Positions 28,501 through 37,100 of a DNA stretch of 64,000 nt are shown piece by piece. The notes below the pieces were generated by a model, which had not been told where the DNA came from, did not search any database, and saw nothing but the letters and a program-made list of their open reading frames with translations. Position numbers and translations under genes: made by a program. This DNA comes from Verrucomicrobiia bacterium (GTDB taxonomy: Bacteria > Verrucomicrobiota > Verrucomicrobiia > Limisphaerales > JADLHS01), in the NCBI GenBank assembly GCA_011525685.1, contig WYBW01000168.1:25859-89858 (forward strand). The letters run 5' to 3'. Every line of letters begins with the position of its first letter. The first letter of the stretch is position 1.

Positions 28501-28978
28501 GCAGTTGACCGCCGGCGGCGGCCACGCGGGGAATGATTTACAACACGCCGTCGTCCGCCGCTGGATTTCGCCGGTCGCCGGTTCGGTCTCGATTGAAGGG
28601 ACGATCCGGCATGAACACTCCCAGGGACACGGCATCCGGGCCTATCTTCATTCGAGCCGCCATGGGTTGCTCGGTCAATGGGTGTTGCACAACCGCGAGG
28701 CCGAGGCCGCCGTCGAGAGCGTGGCGGTCCAACCGGGCGACACGATTGACTTCGTGGTTTCGATCCACGAAAGCCTCAACAGCAACGATTTCCGCTGGGC
28801 GCCGGTGATCCGCATGACCGGGCCGGATGCCATGCGCGATGCCAACGGTTACGCGCGGGAGTGGAACGCGAAGCGGGATTTCAGCGGTCCGCCTTCGCCC
28901 CGCGAGGCTCCGCTTACCCCATGGGAGCAGTTCGCCCAGGCGCTGTTGCTCTCGAATGAGTTTTTGTTTGTGGATTGA
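25568..28978 (+). CDS. PSCyt1 / DUF1549 / DUF1553 (PSD1) domain protein
   Basis: 1136 aa; signal [29 protein letters not shown]. Planctomycete cytochrome-c-like [8 protein letters not shown], DUF1549 hallmark [25 protein letters not shown], long C-terminal DUF1553-like region. Followed by DUF1501 partner. Confidence 0.85.
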   Translation: [1136 protein letters not shown]

Positions 28979-29018
28979 GTCATGAAGCTAAAGACTGGTC
29001 GCCACCACCCTGTGAAAC

Positions 29019-30464
29019 ATGCCGTACCGTAAGCCCAACCCGCGCGAAGCGTTCGTGACACGGCGCGACTTCTTGTGCCGCTGCGGCATGGGCATGGGCG
29101 CGCTCAGTCTCGCGGCGTTGTTCGGCGAAACCAGCCTGCTGCTGCCCGCGGCGCAGGCGGCGGAGAGCCTCAATCCACTCGCCCCCAAGCCGCCGCATTT
29201 TCCGGGCAAGGCGAAGCGCGTCGTGCATTTCTTTCTCAACGGCGGTCCCTCGCACGTGGACTCGTTCGACCCCAAACCCGCGCTGGAGAAATACGCCGGC
29301 CGCCCGTTGCCCGGGGAATACATCAAGACCGAGCGCAAGACCGGCGCGGCCTTTCCCTCGCCGTTCAAGTTCAAGCCCCGCGGCCAGAGCGGCTTGGAGA
29401 TAAGCGATCTCTTTCCTCACCTCGGGGAAGTGGCCGATGAGTTGTGCCTGATCCGCTCGATGAAGGCCGAAGTGCCGAATCACGAGCCGTCGCTCATGCT
29501 GATGAACTGCGGCGATTCCGTCCAAAGCCGGCCCAGCCTCGGTTCCTGGACGACTTACGGATTGGGCACGGACAACTTGAATCTGCCGGGGTTCATTGTG
29601 ATGTGCCCGGGCGGGTATCCGATCAAGGACGCTGACAACTGGCAGAGCGGCTTCCTGCCCGGCGTGTATCAGGGCACGTACATTGACTCCCAGCACACCC
29701 GCATCGAGAAGCTGATCGAAAACATCCGCAACAGCCGCATCCCGCTCCAGGAGCAGCGTCGGCAACTGGATCTGGTGCAACAGCTCAACGCCGAGCATCA
29801 GGCCGCCCGCATACGCGACGCCCGGTTGGAGGCGCGCATTCAATCCCTCGAGATGGCTTATCGCATGCAGATGGAGGCCGCGGATGCCTTCGACATCAGC
29901 CGGGAACCGGAAGCGATTCGCAAACTATACGGGGAGGGTGTGCATGGCCGCCAGACCTTGATCGCGCGCCGTTTGCTGGAGCGCGGTGTGCGTTTCGTGC
30001 AACTCTGGCATGGCGCCAGCCAGCCGTGGGACAGTCATGAGAAAATCGAGGAGGCGCATCGCAAACTCGCGAAAGAGATTGATCAACCGGCCGCCGCGTT
30101 GATCCAGGACCTGAAACAGCGCGGGCTGCTCGATGACACCCTCATCATCTTTGGCGGCGAATTTGGCCGCACCCCCACAGTGGAACTGGGTGACAAAGGG
30201 GACGCCAAATATGGCCGCGACCATAACCCTTACGGGTTTACCGTGATGCTGGCCGGCGGCGGTGTGAAAGGCGGCACGGCTTACGGCGCGACGGATGAAT
30301 TCGGCTTCAAGGCCGTGGAGAACGTCGTTCACGTTCACGACCTGCATGCGACCATTCTGCACCTGCTCGGCTTCAACCACGAGAAGTTCACCTATCGCTA
30401 CGCGGGACGTGACTTTCGGCTGACGGATGTTCACGGGCACGTTGTGAAAGCCATTCTGGCCTGA
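29019..30464 (+). CDS. DUF1501 domain protein (Tat signal)
   Basis: MPYRKPNPREAFVTRRDFLCRCGMGMGALSLAALFG twin-arginine signal; FGGEFGRTPTVELGD...GRDHNPYGFTVMLAGGGVKGG DUF1501 motif. Confidence 0.9.
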   Translation: MPYRKPNPREAFVTRRDFLCRCGMGMGALSLAALFGETSLLLPAAQAAESLNPLAPKPPHFPGKAKRVVHFFLNGGPSHVDSFDPKPALEKYAGRPLPGEYIKTERKTGAAFPSPFKFKPRGQSGLEISDLFPHLGEVADELCLIRSMKAEVPNHEPSLMLMNCGDSVQSRPSLGSWTTYGLGTDNLNLPGFIVMCPGGYPIKDADNWQSGFLPGVYQGTYIDSQHTRIEKLIENIRNSRIPLQEQRRQLDLVQQLNAEHQAARIRDARLEARIQSLEMAYRMQMEAADAFDISREPEAIRKLYGEGVHGRQTLIARRLLERGVRFVQLWHGASQPWDSHEKIEEAHRKLAKEIDQPAAALIQDLKQRGLLDDTLIIFGGEFGRTPTVELGDKGDAKYGRDHNPYGFTVMLAGGGVKGGTAYGATDEFGFKAVENVVHVHDLHATILHLLGFNHEKFTYRYAGRDFRLTDVHGHVVKAILA

Positions 30465-30914
30465 ACCGCTCCGCAGCGTGGCGAAGCCACAACCTCCTTG
30501 GAGTGCGCGGACTTGTCCGCGCTTTCAGCAGGCGACCTGTCGCCGTCAACCGCCAGCGGTCGTCCAGGCTTCGCTACGAGCCGCCAAGTGCGACTCTGCT
30601 TGGCCGACGAGGCAGCCAAGCGTCGAGAGCTGCGACATGTCACCCCACTCCAACATCCGGGCGTGCGGTGAGGAATTGGACGAACCGCGCTGCCGAGGGG
30701 GCGCTCGCGCATCGTTAAGAAGCCAGAGCGGCGCGGCCCTTCCATCCTCCCGCAGACGGGCATTGCAAATTCGGTCAGGAATTGTATTGGCGGCATATTC
30801 CAGTTTTTGATAACCACGATGCAGTTCCGGCAGGCGCGTGCAGGGTGCGCTGAATTGGCTCTCAGGAAACTCGCGCACCGTTGGACGGGAAAACTCTAAA
30901 ACCAACCAAAGCTT

Positions 30915-33086
30915 ATGTGGACCACCATCATCATCGGACTCCTTCTGGTCGCGGGCCTTGTGGTCGTCGCGATCACGCTCCTGTGCATCCGCAAAATCCA
31001 GCCCGGTCGTGCCGGCGTCAAAACCGGCTGGGGCGGCCTCAAGGTGTCGTTCGACTGGATGGTGCGCATGCCGCTCGTCCAGACCTATCACATCATGGAC
31101 ATCTCCGTGAAGAAGCTGGAGATCACCCGCAAGGGCAAGGACGGCCTGGTCTGCAAGGACAACATTCGCGCCGACATCACCGTGGCCTTTTACATCCGGG
31201 TCGAGGCCACCGAGGAAAGCGTGCGCAAGGTCGCCCAGATGCTCACCCCCGAGCGCGTGTCGGACGTGAACCAGTTGCGCGAGCTGTTCGAGGCGAAGTT
31301 TTCCGAGGCACTCAAGACCGCCGGCAAACAGATGGAATTCCATGAACTGTTCACCGAACGCATCAAGTTCCGCGACCAGATTCAGAACACCATCGGCAAG
31401 GACCTTGACGGCTTCCTGCTCCAGGACGTGGCGATTGATTATCTCGAACAAACCCCGCTCGATCAGCACGACCCGAACAACGTTCTCGACGCCGAGGGCA
31501 TCAAGAAGATTACCGAAATCACCCAGCACGAGCGCGTGCTGGCCAACGAGTTTTCCCAGCGCGCCCAAGTGCAGGTCGAAAAGGAAAACGCCGACGCCGA
31601 CATCGCCAAGCGCGAGCAGAAGCGCCGCAACGAAGAAGACACCGCCAAACAGACCCGCGCCATCACCGAGGTGAAGGCCAACGAAGAGGCCGAGGCCCGC
31701 AAGGTGATCGAGGCCCGCCGCCAGGAAGTCGAAGGCAAACGCCTCGAAGCCGAAGAAGCGATTCAATTGCGCACGCAGGACATGAACCGCGCGGTGCAGG
31801 AACGTCAGTTCACGGTCACCAAGGAGAAGCAGCGCCTCGAACAGGAAGCCGTGCAGGAAGGCGAGGAAGCGCGGGTCCGCCGTGAGCGTTCCGTTTCGCT
31901 CGCCGAGATGGACAAGGAAGTCAAAGTGGCCGAGGCCGCCGTCGAAGTGGAACGCAAGAAAGCCGTGGTCGTGGCCGAGCAAAAGGCCGTTGTCCAGCAA
32001 CAGGAGGAAAAGACCAACATCGAGGCCCGCATGACCGCCGAGCGCGTGCGCGAAGTCACGCTCATCGAGGCGGAGATGATTGCCAAGAAGGGCCAGGTCG
32101 AGAAGGTCGTTGCCTCCGAAGCCCAGAAGGAAGCCGACCGCAATCTCGCCGAGGCCGAGAAGATCAAGACCATCACCGCCGCCGAGGCCGCCCGCGAAGC
32201 CGCGTTGCGCGAAGCCGAGCGCCTGCAAACCCTTGCCGATGCCGAAGCCAAGGCCAGCGAGAAGAAGCGGCACGCCATGGAACAAGAGGCCGAAGGTCTC
32301 GCCGCGCAGGAAGCCGCTGCCGGGCTGGCGGAGGCAAAAGTCATCGTGGCCAAGGCCAGCGCCAAGAAGGCGGATGCCGAGGCCATCAAGGCTGTGGGTC
32401 TGGCCGAAGCCGAGGTCGAGAAGGTCAAGGGCGACGCCCATGCCGAGGTCACCGAAACTCAGGCCGCCGCCGAAGCCGAGGGCACGAAGGACAAGGAACT
32501 CGCCATTGCCACCGGCATCCAGGCCAAGATGCTGGCCGAAGCCAAAGGCATCGAAGAGAAGGCCAAGGCCATGAAGCTCCTGCACGAGGCCGGCCAGCAA
32601 CACGAGGAATTCCGCCTGCGCCTCAACAAGGAACGCGACGTCGAACTCGCGGCCATCAATGTCAATCGCGACATTGCCCGCGCCCATTCGGAAGTCGTGG
32701 GTGAAGCCCTTAAGAACGCGAAGATTGACATCGTCGGTGGCGAGAACGACTTCTTCGAGAAGATCGTCCGCGCCGTGGGCAGTGGCAAATCCGTGGACCG
32801 CCTCGTCGCCAACAGCGAGACGTTGTCCGACATCAAGAGCACGTTTTTCAACGGCAACCCGGATTATTTCAAGTCGCAACTCGCCCAGTGGGTGAAGGAC
32901 TTTGGCATCAAGACCGAAGACTTGAAGAACCTGACGGTCTCTGCGTTGCTCGGCAAAATGATTGCGTCGTCCAAGGACAGTGGGTTGCAGTCGTTGCTGA
33001 AATCCGCGCACGCCATGGCCAAGGAAAGCGGCTTGTCTGACGTGATGGCGAGTGCGGTGTTGGCGGACAAGCCGGCCAAGGTGTGA
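30915..33086 (+). CDS. Flotillin / SPFH (band-7) family protein with about 450-aa Glu/Ala/Lys-rich coiled-coil tail
   Basis: N-terminal TM (MWTTIIIGLLLVAGLVVVAITLL), SPFH core (..YHIMDISVKKLEITRKGKDGLVCKDNIRADITVAFYIRVEATEESVRKVAQ..), then heptad-like charged repeats (EAEARKVIEARRQEVEGKRLEAEEA..). The 912-aa reverse ORF 30546..33284 is its low-complexity shadow. Confidence 0.85.
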   Translation: MWTTIIIGLLLVAGLVVVAITLLCIRKIQPGRAGVKTGWGGLKVSFDWMVRMPLVQTYHIMDISVKKLEITRKGKDGLVCKDNIRADITVAFYIRVEATEESVRKVAQMLTPERVSDVNQLRELFEAKFSEALKTAGKQMEFHELFTERIKFRDQIQNTIGKDLDGFLLQDVAIDYLEQTPLDQHDPNNVLDAEGIKKITEITQHERVLANEFSQRAQVQVEKENADADIAKREQKRRNEEDTAKQTRAITEVKANEEAEARKVIEARRQEVEGKRLEAEEAIQLRTQDMNRAVQERQFTVTKEKQRLEQEAVQEGEEARVRRERSVSLAEMDKEVKVAEAAVEVERKKAVVVAEQKAVVQQQEEKTNIEARMTAERVREVTLIEAEMIAKKGQVEKVVASEAQKEADRNLAEAEKIKTITAAEAAREAALREAERLQTLADAEAKASEKKRHAMEQEAEGLAAQEAAAGLAEAKVIVAKASAKKADAEAIKAVGLAEAEVEKVKGDAHAEVTETQAAAEAEGTKDKELAIATGIQAKMLAEAKGIEEKAKAMKLLHEAGQQHEEFRLRLNKERDVELAAINVNRDIARAHSEVVGEALKNAKIDIVGGENDFFEKIVRAVGSGKSVDRLVANSETLSDIKSTFFNGNPDYFKSQLAQWVKDFGIKTEDLKNLTVSALLGKMIASSKDSGLQSLLKSAHAMAKESGLSDVMASAVLADKPAKV

Positions 33087-33102
33087 TGAGCAGGATGGGA
33101 AA

Positions 33103-33386
33103 TAGCGTGGACGTTTCGCGAAGCAGTCTGTCGCCCCTCCGGGGCTTGTGGTGCCGCCGACTAACCCACGGCTCAGGCCGTGGGCTACTGGCTGCCGCTG
33201 CTCCGCAGCTATCCGCGTGGGGAGAAACCAGCGCAAACCCGAAACGGATCGAAACATTCGAGCGTGTGACCTGAGGGGCGACACAGGCGCGGAGCGCCGT
33301 CAGAGAGTAGCCCACGGCGCAAGCCGTGGGTTTGAATCGAAAACGAATCAAGCCCCGTAGGGGTGAAAGAAAAGAGCGGAAACAAT
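33103..33386. repeat. REPIN-like palindromic element (left of RAYT): G-rich hairpin, REP(-) ... REP(+), G-rich hairpin
   Basis: REP hairpins at about 33164..33188 (AACCCACGGCTCAGGCCGTGGGCTAC) and about 33307..33332 (GTAGCCCACGGCGCAAGCCGTGGGTT) in inverted orientation. Terminal GCCCCTCCGGGGC / CCCCGTAGGGG hairpins. Both ends are reverse-complement related to the ends of the right-hand element. Confidence 0.7.
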
Positions 33387-33387
33387 C

Positions 33388-33840
33388 ATGGCCCACACCT
33401 ACACGAGTCTGTTGAGCCATATCATTTTCAGCACGAAGGACCGCGTGCCAATGTTGGATGCGGAGCTGAAGACTCGGCTGTTTCCCTATATGGGCGGCAT
33501 TATCCGTGAACTCGGCGGTGCCGGGCTGTCGATCAACGGGCCGACCGATCATGTCCACTTGCTCGCCTCGTTGCCTGCCACGATTGCGCTTTCTGATTTT
33601 GTGGGGAAGGTGAAGGCCAATTCATCTGGCTGGGTTCACAAAACATTTCCCAACCAACGCGAATTCAAGTGGCAGGTCGGTTACGGCGCATTCAGCGTCA
33701 GTGTTTCCCAGCGCGACAAGGTGCTGACTTACATTGCCGATCAGGAGGAACACCATCGCAAGGTATCGTTTAAGGAAGAGTTCATGGGCTTTCTCAAGAA
33801 ACACGGGATCGCCTACGACGAGCGTTACGTTTTTGATTGA
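33388..33840 (+). CDS. REP-associated tyrosine transposase (RAYT; IS200/IS605-like Y1 HUH transposase)
   Basis: 150 aa; HUH motif GPTDHVHLLASLP, C-terminal catalytic-Tyr helix VLTYIADQEEHH, RAYT-typical size. Flanked on both sides by GTAG-initiated REP palindromes. Confidence 0.85.
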   Translation: MAHTYTSLLSHIIFSTKDRVPMLDAELKTRLFPYMGGIIRELGGAGLSINGPTDHVHLLASLPATIALSDFVGKVKANSSGWVHKTFPNQREFKWQVGYGAFSVSVSQRDKVLTYIADQEEHHRKVSFKEEFMGFLKKHGIAYDERYVFD

Positions 33841-33844
33841 TGAA

Positions 33845-34150
33845 TGGTTGTTTGAACATTTGCGGAAATGGTCTTTCGCCCCTACGGGGCTTGTTCCGTC
33901 GCGGCACGAAACCCACGGCTGACGCCGTGGGCTACTCTCTAACGGCGCTCCGCGCCTATGAAACTGCTTCCGCCACTCCCATTGTATCGAGAAGGAGTTT
34001 GCCAGGAACTTGTTCGTTCTGTGCCCCACAACGGCGGGGACTTGTCCGTGTAGCTGCGAAGCAGCGCCAGAGGGTAGCCCACGGCTTACGCCGAGGGTAT
34101 GACGCGACCACATGCCACAAGCCCCGGAGGGGCGAAAGAACACCCCGGCG
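33845..34150. repeat. REPIN-like palindromic element (right of RAYT)
   Basis: REP hairpins at about 33909..33934 (AACCCACGGCTGACGCCGTGGGCTAC) and about 34076..34100 (GTAGCCCACGGCTTACGCCGAGGGTA, degenerate); terminal GCCCCTACGGGGC and GCCCCGGAGGGGC hairpins. Confidence 0.7.
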
Positions 34151-34187
34151 CGCGTGTCCACATTTTCATTTTTCGTTTGCCTGATCC

Positions 34188-37100
34188 ATGCCCGACGCCC
34201 CCGAACCAAAACCCGCTCCGCCGCCCGAAGGCGCACCGACTGCCGCGCCCGAAACCACTGCGCCCTCGACCGCGCAGGCGCTGGGCAGCGCAACGTATGA
34301 AATCATCCGCCAGCGGCTGAACACGCAGGGCGCGGCGTTGCGGGAACGCATGGCCAAGCTCGACGCCCGCCGCGCGGAGGTGTTCGGGACGATTGAGTAC
34401 AAGCTGCTCCAGGCCGACCGCATCGTCACGTCACACAACTGCGTCCCGCGCGACATGGTTCAGCTTGGGCACGGACGATTTCTGTTCGGTTTCAACGTCC
34501 AGTTTGGGCTGAAGAAGGAAATGGAACTGGCGGATGTGTTCGCGGTTTATCGGCGCGACGAGGAAGCGGGGACGTTCAAGGAGGACACGCTCGACGTTCT
34601 CAACGACAAACAATTCCTCATAGACTTCAAGCGCCTCTACAACGTCTATGAGAAAACCGCGTTCCGGAAATTCGCGGTCATTGACGGCAAGCTTTACATG
34701 AAGTTCGCCACCGGCGCGGGGCTGAATGATTTCGCCGTGTTCAAGTGGGCGTTCAACGAAGGCAACCTGAAGTTCGTGGATGGTCGAGCCGAAGCCGAGT
34801 ACCGCCGCATCGCCTATCCGCCCGCGCATCAGTTTCGCTGGCAGACACCGGATCGCGAATCCTATCGCTACGGCGATCATCCGCATGTGTCCATCGAGGA
34901 CCGCGTGTTCGTGGAGTGCGTCGGCGGCGATCTTACGATCAAGGTCGAGGACAACACCAAGACCGGCGAGGGCGTTTATTCCGAGCCGGTGGATGACAAA
35001 TACCAAAAGGTGGACGATGCCGAGATCGCCTACGGCCTGGTCGGGCATTTGATCCTGCTGAAAATCCGGCCTTACAAGGAGCAGGCCGCGCGCTATTTCA
35101 TTTTCAACGAGAAGCAGCAAACGGCGGTGCGGGTGGATTCCCTCGGGTACTCGTGCGTCATGTTGCCTGAGGAGCACGGGTTGATTTTCCCGGACGGCTA
35201 CTATCTCGCGACCGGCGAACTCAAGCAGTTTGACTGCGACGCCACAAACATGGTCATCGAACGCGTCGTTCATGCGCCGAATGGCGAGGATGTGCTCTAC
35301 GTGTTTTACAACCGGCTGACGGGTGATTACGCGCTGCTGCCGTATCGCCTCATCGCGCAAAAGGTCGAGGAGCGCATCAGTTGCAACGGTTTCTCGCTGT
35401 TCCCGAACGGTCATCTCCTCTTGTTCCGCGCCGAGGCCGAGCCGCAGAAGCATCACATGATTCAACTGCGGCAGACGCCGTTCCATCAGCCCGGTTCCGA
35501 GCCCGCCGGCCAGAAGGATGCGTTCCTGTATCAAGTCGGGAACAAGGAAGTCGTGCGCTGTCTCGCCGAGTGCAACGAGGTGATGACGCTCGTGCGGAAG
35601 GAAAATCCCTACGCGGAAATCTACACCGACCTCGTCAAACGTTGCGGCGCGATTCTTGATTCGTATCCGTGGCTGTCGAGTGCGGATGGTTTCGGCGTGG
35701 ACGCGGCCTTGCGCGCCGTGCGCGAGGCGGCGGACAAGGCGGTGGATGAATACGACAAGGTGCGCCGGCTGCAACGCGAGGCGGTCGAGCGCGTGAAGGA
35801 CATTCGGAAGCGTTGCACCGAGCAATTCCAGAACATCCGTCGCGCGAGCTTCCGCGTGCTGAATGATTTCGTGGTGAACCTCGCCACCTTGCGCAAGTTG
35901 CGCGGCGAACTCATCACGCTCAAGGAAGTCCGCTACGTGGACGTGGCGCAGGTTGAGGAGTTGGAGAAGCAGGTTGCGACGCAGACCGACGAACTTTCCA
36001 ACTCGTGTGTGAAGTTTCTGCTCAAGCCCGAGGCGCTGGAACCGTATCGCCGGCAGGCCACCGATCATCTTGCGGCGGTGGATCGAGTGACCAAGGTCGC
36101 CGAGGGAAAAGAAATCGAGAAGGCCGTGACCGTGGCCGGCGGCGAACTCGAAATGCTCATCGAGATCGTCAACAGCCTGAAGATCGAGGACGCCACTGAG
36201 ACGACGCGCATCATTGACGGCATCACGGCGGTTTATTCCACGCTGAATCAGGTCAAGGCCGCGCTCAAGAAGCGCCTGCAAAGCCTCGTCGCCAGCGAAG
36301 GCGCGGCGCAGTTTGCCGCGCAGATGAAGCTGTTGAGCCAGGCGGCTTCGAGTTATCTCGACCTCTGCGATTCGCCGGCCAAGTGTGAAGAGTATTTGAA
36401 TCGCCTCTCCGTTCAACTGGAGGAACTGGAGGGCACATTCGCCGATTTCGAGGAATACACCGTTCAACTCGCCGAGCGGCGCACCGAACTTTACGAGGCG
36501 TTCGAGCAGCGCAAGGTTGCGCTCGTCGAGCAACGGAATCGCAAAGCCTCAGCGCTGATGACCGCTGCCGAGCGCATTCTCAAGGTGATTCAGAATCGTC
36601 TCGCCGGGTTCAAGTCCATCGAGGACATCAACAGTTACATGGCGTCGGACCTGATGATCGCCAAGGTTCGCGAGACGATTGAGCAACTGCTCGCGCTTGG
36701 CGATTCGGTGAAGGCCGACGACTTGCAGGGCCGGCTCAAGAGCGTGCAGCAGGACGCGGTGCGGCAGTTGAAGGATCGGCAGGAATTGTTTGTCGGCGGC
36801 GAGAACGTCATCAAGCTCGGCAAGCATCAGTTCAACATCAACACGCAGCCGCTCGACCTGACAGTCGTGAATCGCGACGGGGTGCAGCACATCCACCTGA
36901 CGAGCACAAAGTATTTCGAGGCGATCACGGATGAAGCCTTCCTCGCCACGCGGGATGTGTGGGATCAGGAAGTGGTTTCGGAGAATCGCGAGGTTTATCG
37001 CGCCGAATATCTCGCGTGGCAGATGTTGAAGGCGATCGAAAATAGGAGCGCGGGCTTTAGCCCGCTTCAACGTGGCAATGGCGGAGCCCTTGGAAATCCT

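Larger units (their letters stand above)
33103..34150 (+). mobile_element. RAYT-REPIN unit (domesticated IS200-like transposase with flanking REP doublets) inserted between the flotillin gene and the giant ATPase gene
   Basis: Complete architecture REPIN - RAYT - REPIN, no other IS features (no terminal IRs typical of DDE elements). Confidence 0.6.

Noticed and set aside
30546-33284. 912-aa reverse-strand ORF spanning the flotillin gene
   Set aside because: Extremely low-complexity (G/L/A/F runs) mirror of the Glu/Ala/Lys-rich flotillin tail; the forward frame has clear SPFH motifs. Shadow ORF.
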